In this document: one piece after another, positions 1 to 11,622 of the stretch | Layout: every line of letters starts with the position of its first letter | How positions within the stretch are numbered: the stretch's first letter is position 1 | Assembly: GCA_050084515.1 (NCBI GenBank) | Contig: CM114271.1 | Span: forward strand, 11,718,001 to 11,782,000 | Length of the DNA stretch: 64,000 nucleotides | Direction of reading: 5' to 3' | Source of the DNA: Blasia pusilla | Taxonomy: Eukaryota | Made by a program: the position numbers and the translations under genes | The notes under the pieces: generated by a model | Databases searched by the model: none | Seen by the model: the letters and a program-made list of their open reading frames with translations, nothing else | Told to the model about the DNA's origin: nothing

Positions 1-2870
1 GGTGATAAAACTTTGGAGGCATTTTTTAGGGCTTTCCCGGGTGATTCAACCGTCTGGTTCCACGTCGATTAGAATGATGCCCAAGGCTTATTCCAACCGC
101 CATTTAAAGCTTGTCGAGAGCTTTCCAACGCATCCAAAATCGCTTGATTCTGACACTCTGAGCTCATGCAATAGCTATTTCAATATAGGAAAGTGCAATT
201 AGTGAAGAAAAGTTGTGTAGTTTGCTCTCTACAGGCCAATTTGGACTTATTCTTTCATACACTTGATCAATTTTGGCAAATTTCAGGTCAATTTTTGTGT
301 AGGAGTGGTCTATGCTTTAATTGGAATAGTAGAAAGCATGAAATTATGTTTTTATGAGTGAAATAGTTTATCATGGAGTATTCCTCAACAGCAATCACAA
401 GCGAGAAGCTAGACAAACAAAATTACAATGTCTGGAAGGTTCGTATGAAAAAATTTCTCATGGGTCAAGAACTATGAGAGCTTGTCACAGGTGATGAGGC
501 CAAGCATGAAAGTGACTCATCAGACTTGAATGTTTGCGCTTGGAACAAACGCGCAAGGCAAGTAATCCACTATATTTTAATAACGATCAGTTCGCCAATG
601 ATAGGTCGGATCCAAGATGTTGATACTCCAAAAGAGGCCTGGGATGCATTGGAAAAGTTGTTCCAAACATCTAAAAAGGCTAGAAAGCTTCAATTGAAAC
701 AACAATTGAACGTAGTGAGCAAAGGATCGCAGAGCATCAATTATTATATTATGAATATTAGACATATTGTTGATCAGTTGAATAGCATTGGAGTAACAGT
801 AGAAGATGATGACCTGATTTTATTCACTTTTCAAGGCCTTCCAAAGGAATACAAGTCCTTTGAGACCTCTATCTGTGTGAGAGAGAAGTATCCAACCTTT
901 CAACAGTCAGTTCCTCTGTTGATCAGTAAAGAGATGCGCCTAGATGGCAGCGGTAGCTTGTCTAGTCTGCAAGAGAGTGCCCTATTTGCAGGTTATGGAT
1001 CAAACAGAGGTAGGGGTCGTGGATGAAACTTTCATGGTCGTGGTGGATATCAAGCATATGGAGGAAGAGGCACTCAATATAACGTCACTCAATCAACTAG
1101 GAACCAGTATCAGACACAATCACATGGTGGTGATGGTGGAAACCGTTGGGGTCGAGGTCATTTGTAGAGGGTCCCTGGATCTTGCAATTACTATGGGATA
1201 AAGGGTCACTATACAAAGTTTTGCTTCAAGAAGAAGGCATATATGAGAACATGAGCCTTACAACAACAAAACTATATGGAGCAACAATACCAAGAGCAGT
1301 ACCAAGAATAACAACATTCACAAACAGAGCATCTCTTGGTCATGACTCATCATATGGGAGCAATGGTCAAGAAAGACTCGACAGCAGATCGGTACATGGA
1401 CTCTGGTGCATCAAATCATATGACCTCACAAGAAAAATGGTTCAGTAGTTTGAAGCCGGTGAAAGATCGTGCAATTGTGCTCACAGGAGATGACACTCAA
1501 CATTATATCACGCATACCGGTAAAGTTCCAATAGCATGAGATGATCTTTGTGCTCTTGGAAATGTTCTCTATGTTCCTCCCATTACAAGAAATTTGATCT
1601 CTATAGGACAGATAGTAGAACAAGGTTATCAAGTGAAGTTTAACGCAGATGGTTGTTTCATTGAAACAATGGATGACCAGACTACGATAGCCAAAGGAAC
1701 AAGATCTGGCAGAATGTTCAAATTAGATATTTCTATGCCAGAGATTCAAACAATAATGTATGGTCAATCCAGCCAACAAGTCATAGATCTAGATGTATGG
1801 CATAAAAAAATTGGACATATGAATCTTCAAAGATTACAAAGTCTTTCATCATCTAATATAGTAACAGGATTCCCTAAATTAGCGAGTCTTGCTATGTTAG
1901 AGATTAGTCATGCTTGCCAATTTGGAAAACAAGCTATGCCCTTGGCCTAGTGAGCCAGTTTATCCAAGCATCTCGAAAACTTCACCTTAATGTTGTGAGG
2001 AGGATAATGCGGTATGTGAAATTCTCTATTTAATCTGGGCTTAAATTTTAACCTTCTTTGAGTCTTCAATTACAGGGATTCACAGATGTTGATTGGGTAA
2101 GAAGCGTGTCTGATCGACACTCCACATCTCGTTATTCATCTACTTTCGGAAGCGCAGATATAAGTTGGGCCTCAAAGAAGTAACCTACAGTTGCTGTATC
2201 TTCAACAGAGGTTGAGTATAGAGGAGCAACCAATGCAGCATGTGAGGCGGTGTGGCTTCACCGATTACTTGTTGAGATTGGTGTTAGTAACTTAGAATCT
2301 AGTGTAATATATGCATACAATATTAGTAGCATCAAGCTTGCTGATAACCCTGTGTTTCATGCTCGTACAAAGCATGTTGAGGTGCACTATTATTTTATTA
2401 GAGAGAAAGTGCTTGCAGGAGAAATTGATCTTGTGTATATAGATACAGATCAGAAAATTGCTGACATCATTACAAAGGCATTGTCTAGAGATAAGTTTGA
2501 GATGTTTAGAAAGGATTTAGGCGTTAGAGATATGGATATGAGCTTGAGGGGGAGTATCAAAGATTGAGTTACAGTCAAGCTCATGAGACACATGAACTAC
2601 TATATTTGGTACTCACACGAAGTAGGGAAGCTTAATCTGGGTTAGTCAATTAAGCACGATTATCTTAACTAGGATTAGTTAATCACAGTTAGTCTAACTT
2701 GAGACTATGGTTAAGGGTAGGATTATGATTGCTTGTATATACCCTATATAATTGAGAAGAGGACCCGCCTCCACTCATTCTCTCATTGCAAATTTCGTTA
2801 TCCATGGTGGTGTGTGTGTGTGTGTGTGAGACGTTTTCCACCAATTATGCTTGTTTAGGAGTTTTCCACA
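1..2870 (+). mobile_element. Ty1/copia LTR retrotransposon copy 1 (5' end outside window; internally deleted, decayed)
   Basis: Gag-like ORF 526-1026, protease YMDSGASNHMT (1336-1539), GAG-pre-integrase WHKKIGHMN...HACQFGKQ (1594-1950). At ~1945 it jumps to the RT C-terminus and RNase H (NPVFHARTKHVEVHYYFIREKV, 2250-2567). PPT ttgagggggag, then 3' LTR 2555-2870. Confidence 0.95.
2555..2870 (+). repeat. 3' LTR of copia copy 1 (TA...CA termini)
   Basis: Homologous to 11312-11622 and 15629-15940; follows the PPT; ends gttttccaca. Confidence 0.93.
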
Positions 2871-5800
2871 TCTTTGGTACTCACCATTATTTTTTTTTTG
2901 GGTATGATTCAAATAATTGACTTTTGATACGCGGATGTAAGTGAATTTTGGCGTTGTTGGGCATAATGGATGAAACTCTATGGCAGCAAGTGGAACTCTC
3001 AAATTGCCATCAAGTTAGGTGTTATTCTTGCTAACTTGTTGTCTATAGAGGGAGAGAGGCACTTGGAACGGTGTTCCTCATATGATTGATGAGAACGTGG
3101 AATCCAATCAGAGTTCATCTTGGGATGGTGTAGATAATTTTCAACAAAGTCCTAATCCATACGAAGAAGAAAGGAATTGTAGAGTGAAAGAGAGAAAGGC
3201 CAAAGAGGCGGAGTTGTTTGGTGGGTTGAAGGATTTGTAATTGTGATCTTGGATAACCTTTATCTTTCGCTTTATTTGGTCAAATGTATCATGTTCATAT
3301 AGTGGTTGTACATTAGGAAATATGAAAGATTTTGTGTGATCATATTTTGAAGGTTTTCTTCTCCAATGGGCTGTGAAGGAGCGCAAGCCTTTGCCATTTT
3401 GGAATCCTACTCTTCCATAAAGACACAACTTATGGTTGGAGGAGAAGGCCACTAACCAAAGTGTAATCCCCAAGGAGACTCAAGAAGATTGTTCACATAG
3501 TGATTCCAAAGACCCCTTTAATAATCCACTCCTTGAGATGGACTTCTTGGGGGCATAAGAGGATGACGACTTGTTGCTGGAGGATGGGAGGGTACTTTCA
3601 CTTCATATCTTGTTCTTTTGTTACTCTCTTGAGATTTCAGAATTATGGATGTTGTATTTACTCACAATGAGATGTCTGTTTTGAATAGCCTCAAGCAAAG
3701 GAGCGTCCAGTTTTAACACGAAAGTGTACGAAATTCCACCTATACAAACGATGCGGTAATGTAATTGTAGTCATGGAGGAATATTCAGCTATCTCTATAT
3801 GTATGATAAGTATGTAATAAACTCAGTGGTAGAAGCGTGTCATTATGACTTCACTAATCTTTATTCATCAAATGCTCTCTAGTTTAGTTTACTAACAAAT
3901 TTACTTACATGTGCAGCCCATGGACGGAACTCTATCACAACCCATAATGCCTTCGCAAGCATATCCCCCTCCTCCACCCCCATGGGCACAAATCCGGATG
4001 CTGTGGTGGGTACTTATGATGATGCAATCATCGATGGGTTATGGAAGTCAATTTCAACCACCATGGAGCAATGAAGCTCAATCATCCATGACCATCCCAT
4101 CCCTGTGGGTAAGCAGGTTTGCTATTCTGCCCTTTCCTATTTTGCACACAGGAATTCAATTAATTGGAAGTCTAACTAGCTAATTGCATTTCTTTTGTGG
4201 ACACAAGGGACATGGGCCATCCCAGCCGCCGCCCCCAACACCATTGGCCAGCCGGAATACGGACGACCAATTATATCGTAGTAGGTCTCAATCTTGTGCA
4301 ATACCAAGCCCATCAAAAAATTTGACCCCGCAACCAGCTGCATCAATAGGTAACTTCTTGCTTGGTTCCGAGTTCCCAAATTTATATTAAATAGGCTATT
4401 GGATTCTTGCACGAGGCGACCTGAATTATAGAATGATGAAAATGTGGTACTTTCCAGACCTATGTTCATGTGGCTACTCAATTCTTGAGTCTATGTCTTG
4501 GAAGTTAATAAAATGATATGATATGATACCAAATTCATGTCCGGAGAAATTGGTTTAAAGTTTAGTTATTTCTAGGTCATCTGATTTGTTTATAGATGAT
4601 GTTTTTTTTTGGGAAAGTTTTCAAAGTTTATTGATTATAGTTAGGGTAGAGTTCACTACACTTATACTATTTTCTGATCTATACTCATGGATTGTTCATG
4701 ATACATATGACTTTTGAGCATTGAGATAATGGTTCTCAATTTCTATGACCTTGTTAAAGTGGCTGCTGAATTCTTGAATAATATCTTTGATTTATGGAAA
4801 TGTGAATGTGGTAGTCTCGACATTCATATTCAATTGGCTATTGTATTCTAGAACCTAAGTTTCTAAACTTTAGAAATGAGATGATGGTAGAATGAGTCCA
4901 CATTTCCTAGGCTTAATGGGAGAGTACAATTGTTCTAAATGTAAATGCATAACTCTTTTCTAACACGTTGGCTTGACACGGCTAGTAGCATGACCTTAAT
5001 CTGGTTGTATAATTGCAAAACTTTTTTTTGTATCTAATTGATCCTTGGATTATATATGCAGAGTATGGAATCCAGAGTTACTATTCAATCGGAAGAAGTG
5101 GAGCGTAAATTTGGATGATGTGAAGTTGCAGATGGAACGGCAAAACAAAGCATTAAGTGTACTCATGGAAATGGTGTCCAAGCTTACTTGGACACTAGAA
5201 ATAAAATCAAACTCGATATGTCTTCAACACCACAACAGACTACTATAGAAGCGGATACAATTGGTTTAGTCACAAAGATATGACTATTTAAGTCCCATAA
5301 ATTATGTAGTCATTGCAACATAACTGCATGAGTCATACCATTATGACTAGAGAGAACTTGAAGCTTACTACTTCAGTTATTGAATCATACTATGCTAGTT
5401 ATATCCATATGACTAGTGGGATTATAAATTTGGATATTTTGGAATGTTTATTATGCCTTTTGAATGGTGCAAGAATTAATGGATTTGAATATTGAAATCC
5501 TCCTTTCCATTTATATGGTGAACACTTGAGTGTTCACCTTAGCACACATTATAATTTTGAAAAAAGTGCACATAACAAAACAACATCATATATCCAGAAA
5601 CATGGCAACTTAACTACATGGAAGTAGCGCATGAGCATTATGTTGTTACATTGAGTAGTGGCATCTTGAAGTAATCAAGAAACTACATGTATTTTTTCTC
5701 GGAGTTTAGAAAGAGATGTAATAAGAATGTCTTGCTACAAACGAAACATATGCAAGCAATTAACCAAGCAAATAATGAAAACATACTCTTGAAAAAAGAT

Positions 5801-7467
5801 TTTGAGGGATGGAATGTCACAAAAGAGTAGCTTCCATACACCAAATTACAAAATCAATCACTATTACATGGGGTTATAATCCAAATAGATTAAAAAAATG
5901 CAAATCAAATATAGTAGGGTTTTTTTAATCTCATCTTGAAAAAGCAAGAGAGATGTCATCCATGAAAATAAAGATAGTGCACCTTAGATAGTCGACTGCA
6001 AAAAGAAAAGACTACTCTACTGAATCACCTTTCTCATACGTATCTCTGGCCAAAGCATGCTTGAGCCAAGTGCATCACCAAATGTTTCTTGTGCAGGATC
6101 GTCATCAAATTTGGCATCCACAAAGCATGTTCTGGTTCGAACACCTCGTTTAGATTAACCCTCACCGTGCCTAAGGGGATGTCTTTGGCATGGAGCTTGT
6201 CTCTTCCACCAAGACCTGATATAACTCCTGACCCAAGCACCATCCTATTCAACTTTGGCTTGGTGAGTAATACGTAATCACCAATCCGCAGCTACAAAAA
6301 TACATAGGCATTTGGTTAGTGTCAATTCAAATTCTTCCCACATGCATATGCACCATCAACCTGGAAAAAAAACTGCTATGATATACTTGTTTGAAAGACC
6401 ATCCCCATTTCGGAAGATGATGCAAAAAGTTCACAAGTCCTAGACGACCATTTGACTCTCCACAACAAGAAATATTAGTGGCGTCATATGAACCTCGAAT
6501 AGAAGAGGCCATTGTAGGCAAGAGAAATTACCTTACTTCTTTTCTTGGACGACCCGGATCTGATTTCACTTTCCTGCTCATTCAAAGCAGGAAAGTGAAA
6601 TCAGATTGTAGCCTAGACTTTAGTCTTTTGGCTGGTCATGATTTTGTTTGGCTGTCCATGCTCAGGTTTTCTGCACATTATGCACACCAAGGTCCATTGA
6701 ACGATGTACGAAGAAATGACCATTATTTTGTGGATAGGTTGAAAACTACACCAAGGAAAAATTCATTATGCCAAGGACGACATACTTACGAGTGATCCGA
6801 GTATCACCATATGCACTTTCTGTGGAACTTCTCCTTTTGTTGCTCCGTTCTGGCACTTCTACAAACAATCCAAGTATTGAGAAATGAATTGTAAAACCAG
6901 ATTCTTCACTTCAACAAGTAATTATATTATAAGACCCTGCATCTAGTGAAGCTAAACTCACTCCTTACCACCAGATTGTGTAGTTGCCATTGCTTCTTTT
7001 TGTGTGGAGATCTTCCTCTTCCTTAATTTTCCGGCTTAAGACGTTGGTATAGGTTCAACAATGACTGTAAGTTACTCAAAACAAAGAAAGTTAGTTCTGA
7101 AATACTAATGTTGGAAAGAACAAGTAGTTATAACCATTGAAAATTGGAGGCGAAAGAATGAGAATGGGCTATCGGATGTGAGTCCATGTCATCAATGACA
7201 TATCACACAAAGTAGTCCATGTCACTGATGACATTTCATTATTCCACGTCATCTAAGTGACATGTCAGTCATGGCCTCATGACTACATCCTCGAGTCATA
7301 TACCAACGTCCACCTAAGTCGACCATCCTAGTTAGCCTTGTCGCCAAACAAATATGACTTGGGTTTTGTGTCTAAAGAAGTCGTAAGTCATTGTTAGTCG
7401 TAGTATGTAAAGTATGACTCATATGAGTCATATAACCTAGTCATAAAACGAGGGATTTCTTCTAGTG
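2871..7467. mobile_element. Decayed CACTA (En/Spm) DNA transposon, right-hand part
   Basis: Terminus ...gatttcttctagtg at 7467 (CACTAGAAGAAATC on minus). Dense subterminal tagtcata/tatgact motifs at 7180-7445 and 5265-5420. Minus-strand TnpA-like C-terminal peptide at ~6035-6290. The other end is outside the window. Confidence 0.8.
6034..6292 (-). pseudogene. TnpA/Tnp1-En/Spm-like (Transposase_23/DUF8039-like) C-terminal domain remnant
   Basis: LRIGDYVLLTKPKLNRMVLGSGVISGLGGRDKLHAKDIPLGTVRVNLNEVFEPEHALWMPN, then after a frameshift DDDPAQETFGDALGSSMLWP; resembles the CACTA ORF2 C-terminal pattern. Confidence 0.65.
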
Positions 7468-9900
7468 AGACACGACAACATGAATGAAATTTTCCCGCTT
7501 CGAGGCCGAGACGTTTTCCCTTCACTCTAGTTCGAATGTGGCGCTCTTCTTGGCTGCCTAGATCTTGGACCAGCAAAGAATTATGATTGCTGCATCTTGG
7601 GAGATGAAGGTATTCGCCCAAGTCTTCTTCTTAATTTGAGATCCCTTCACGAGCATCTCATCAACCAGGTCCTCACTAAGGAATCCATTGTATTACGACA
7701 CGTGTGTTGTAAGCACCTTTTTTATTATGTTGCATTCTTGGATCCAATGGTGGGTCATGTTCCCCTCGAATAAAATCCTACACATGTGAACACAAAGTTA
7801 GACTAATGATCCCTTGCAACCCATCGATTTCCGTCTGGTTGCACCACAGAATATGAAAGAAAATATCATGTACAGAGTCAGTGCAACCCGTCGGACTCTG
7901 ATGGATTGCACCACTCTCTGCAAATTGCAAGGATGCACAACCCGTCGGACTCCAACGGGTTGCGAAAATCTCTCCGAAATGGAATCTCTTGGAGGCCCAA
8001 TGTAGTTTCTACAACCCGTTGGACTCCGACAGGTTGCACCACTGTTCGCAGATAGCAACAATGTGCAACCCGTTGGGGTCCGATGAGTAGCACATGGATG
8101 TCCATCGGCATGAAGTGATGCAAGCCTGTTGGAGTCCGACGGGTTGCTGGGAGGCCCCAAAAGCGGAAATTTTACGCTACTATTGAACCAATTTACCTAA
8201 AGAAAATATGGTTGCAACCCGTCGAACTCCGATGGGTTGCTTTTATGCCTCTAATGACTAATTAACTAGACCATTGTGCAACCTGTCGGACTTTGACGGG
8301 TTGCAAAACACATGTTTCATCCAAAACCTTACTAGAAATCTCGGTCATTTCGCAACCCGTCTGAGTCCGACGGGTTGCAGTAGCCAGGTTTCATCCAGAA
8401 ACTTGGCTACAAATTACTCATTTTATTACCCTTTGGACTCCGACGGGTTGCAGGACGATCTAGCAAAATATCATGGAAGACGTAAATTCAACCCGTCAGA
8501 CTCCGACGGGTTGCTGGACTGTATCCCAAAATGCCTATGGAAGGTCAAAAAGGCTTTGGTCTATCGACTCCTATGATTCTTGCCAATCTATATTCTGAAT
8601 ATTTCAGCAACCTGTCGGACTCCGACGGGTTGAAGCAAGCAAAAAATATTCACAGAGAAAGATCAACTTACGTATTCATCGAAGCATTGCCATCTCCACC
8701 GTTGCCATGTGATGCGAAAAGGGATGGAGGACGACTGCCCTTATGCAGAAATGCGTCTCCAATGAATTCAAGTGCTCCGCTACAAATTGTGAGCATGCCA
8801 TGAACCTGTGGTTTCTATCCCAGATAGAGAAGTAGAGGTCTCGCATCCAACTGAATTGGGTTCCTTCAATAGCTCTTTTGAACTCCTAGTCTCTGATCCT
8901 CCAGAATGTGTCCAAGGCCTCCAAGTCTTCTTCCGTCACCAAAGCCTGCGTTCCATGTTCATCATAAGGTTGAACATAGAACTAAGGGAAGCTATCGATG
9001 TAAGATGTTGTGGCAATCGACAGCTTTAGCTTTGCGATGTCCTTGTCCGACTGAATTTTGTGGACGTACTCCATGGTCTGCAGTCAACAAAGTGGAATTC
9101 TTGGGGACTTGTGACCATCCACCACTGCCATCTGCTTTACAACTTGCAAAAATATCGAGAATTTCAATAAGATGCTCTTTAATATATGTCAATTAAGAAA
9201 GTAATTAAGAATGCTCTTTCAGATATGTCGATGTCTGCTTACCCTCTCAAAAATTGGGTCAATGTCGAGGCTGGCCGGCTGCTGTGGGACAACAGGTGGC
9301 AAGTCCACTTGAAATTCATTGATACAAAAGAGGTCAATTTCTTCCACCAGGTCTTAAGGAGGACGAAGACTCTTCTCCTGCTTCTTCAAAGATGTCCACC
9401 ATCTCCACACTTACAATCCTCATCACCTCCTTGTCGGTCTCCTAAACTTCTGCGGTTTCTTCAGTAGATTTTAAGTTCATTGTGTCCCTAGACCTCATCG
9501 TAGAGACATCCTCCATCTCAATGTTGTCCATAGGATGAACAGGTCTTTCTTCCATGGCGATAGCTTTCCCCTCCACGCTTTTGCCAATTTTTCCCTCTTG
9601 ATAGATGCGTCGAGACGCTTCTTCTCTCTCTTCTTGTCCGCGACTCTTTTCTTCAAGGCCTTTGATGTCTCAGCCTATACATTTTGCCTTGAAAACTCCT
9701 CCACATCAAGCTTTGCCTCAAGCTCCTGCATGCGCATTTATGCTTCCCTCTCCCGGTCCTCTATCTCTTGTTGCCTAATTTTTTCCGCCAAGCGAGGGCC
9801 AAGAGATGGCGACGAAGGAGTCTTGATGGACTTGGGAGTGACGCTCCCAACCTTTGTTGCTTGTGTTTTCCTCATCATTATGAATGTCAAAGATCTACAC
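7468..9900 (-). pseudogene. Spliced gene for a coiled-coil + ParB/Srx-like domain protein, inactivated by C-to-T stops; 3' part cut by CACTA
   Basis: Manual minus-strand translation of ~9142-8672 in one frame: VVKQMAVVDGHKSPRIPLC*LQTMEYVHKIQSDKDIAKLKLSIATTSYIDSFP*FYVQPYDEHG...WMRDLYFSIWDRNHRFMACSQFVAEH...AVVLHP...VEMAML. WD(G>R)NHR matches the ParB/Srx DGxHR motif. Donor gtaag at ~8671, acceptor tgtgtag at ~7778. The next exon 7777-7468 reads ILFEGNMTHHWIQECNIIKKVL... apart from TAA/TAG/TGA stops. Upstream exon(s) ~9243-9880 are charged and coiled-coil-like. Confidence 0.65.
7814..8635. repeat. Palindrome array A: ~12-13 copies of TGCAACCCGTCGGANTCCGACGGGTTGCA with unique ~25-65 bp spacers
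   Basis: Copies start near 7814, 7882, 7937, 8011, 8064, 8121, 8213, 8277, 8352, 8426, 8488, (8555, degenerate), 8608. The array lies within the predicted intron of the ParB-like gene. Confidence 0.92.
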
Positions 9901-10155
9901 TTGTGCACTCCTGAAACTATACTGAAACACGATCGACTCTATCAACTCTCAAAGCGTCGTCACTTGGAGCGTCGTTACCTTCTAGCGAAGGGGCTTTGAT
10001 TAACGTCGTGTTCAAAAAACGTCGGGACCTCAACTGTTGGGAGGACTCGTCGGAGGACAAAGAGCTCCAACTGAAATCGCGGAATGAAAAAAAGAAATGC
10101 GCAAAATTTGTGCCTTATACTATTTTCGAGCCGTTGAGCTTACCATCGGGTCTTG

Positions 10156-11130
10156 GCAACCGTTGGACCGACGACGACGTCGGCCATTCCGGTGCTTTGC
10201 ATGGTTCCCCGTGCAACCCGTTGGAGTCCGACGGGTTGGACGGTTCCCTCGTAGTAGGAATACGATGCAAGGTCCCCGTGCAATCCTTCAAAGTCGGATG
10301 GCTTGCACGGTTCCCTCATCGTAGGAAGACAACGCGAGTTCCCCGTGGAACCCGTTGGACTCCGACGGGATGCAAGGAAGAAGCGACCATCATGCAACGA
10401 AACGAGACGGGTTGTACGAGCAGGGGGTATGGACCAAGAACCCCATCTACGGGTTGTCCATCTACGTATGGCCATTATTTTCGTGCAACCTGTAGAACTC
10501 GGACGGGTTGCAAGGACAAAAGTGGCCAACGGGTTGCAAGTTGTTAGATTACAAAAAGTTGTTGTCATGGCCGGGACTTCCTTCCTTCTTGCAAGAGGGT
10601 CAAGATCAGACAGTGCGGTCCCTAGGGTCGTCGAGGACGTAACGGAACCCACCTCGGCTGTCCATGTGCAACCCGTCAAACTTCGACAGATTGCACTAAG
10701 GAAATGTTCTTCACTTTCTCACCCACCATTACGAATGCTGCCACTAGTTTGAACCCCATCAGATTGCAACCTGACGAAACCCAATGGGTTGCAACCATAC
10801 GGATTCCAAAATTTTGCAACATGTCGGACTCAAATTTTTGGAGTCACATGATTTGCAAGTAGACAGATTCCAAAAATTTGCAACCAGACGGATTCCAAGG
10901 GTTTTCAACTTGTTGGACTCCAACGGGTTGCAACTTAGCGGAGTCTGACAATTTGCAAGTAGACAGATTCCAAAAATTTGCAACCAGATGGATTCCGAGG
11001 ATTTACAACCTATCAAACTCCGACGGGTTGCAACTTGTCGGAGTCCAATGATTTGCAACCATAAGGATTCCAAAAATTTGCAACTTGTCGAACTTTGACG
11101 GGTTGCAACTAGTCGGAATCTCAAAGGTTG
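10156..11130. repeat. Palindrome array B (intergenic, between the divergent genes)
   Basis: Spaced copies near 10212, 10279, 10347, 10393, 10484, 10667, then a dense head-to-tail run at 10750-11130 mixed with a gattccaaaaattt variant. Confidence 0.9.
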
Positions 11131-11311
11131 AACTAATCTCGTGAATGGCAAAACTTAGGCAATCTCGACAGTCAAAAAACTTCAATATGTTCAATCCCAA
11201 GGGTAATTTATTTATAATGGAATTTCCTTGGTCCAGACAGCGTCTAAAAATCTCACCTACCAAACAACAGCTTGTAAGACGATTTATGTCAAAAGTTTAA
11301 CGGTCACTATT

Positions 11312-11622
11312 TATTGAAGATTGAGTTACAGTCAAGCTCATGAGACATCTGAATTGTTACATTTGATACTCATACAAAGTAGGGAAGCTTAATCTTGGTT
11401 AGTCACTTAAGCGCAATTATCTTAACTAGGGTTAGTTAATCACAGTTAGTTTGCTCAAGACTATGGTTAAGGTTAGGATTAGGGTTACTTGTAGATACCC
11501 CATATAATTGTGAAGGGGACCAACCTCCACTTATTCTCTCATTGCAAATTTCGTTCTCCATGGTGGTGTGTGAGTGTGAGAGCCGTTTCCCACTAGTTAT
11601 GCTTCTTTAGTAGTTTTCCACA
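11312..11622 (+). repeat. 5' LTR of copia copy 2
   Basis: tattgaagattg...ttttccaca, directly followed by the PBS. Confidence 0.95.

Noticed and set aside
2871-3250. CACTA TnpD C-terminal (DUF4216-like) remnant on plus
   Set aside because: The pattern is suggestive but too degraded to list as a separate feature.
7814-8635. True CRISPR array
   Set aside because: No cas genes, eukaryotic intron context, variable spacer length, degenerate repeats and a loopless dyad; reported as CRISPR-like architecture only.
9996-11263. Overlapping ORFs with repeated CNPLESDGL/ATRRTPTGC peptides (also 7798-8803 and 17651-18306)
   Set aside because: These are translations of the palindromic repeat on both strands, not credible proteins.
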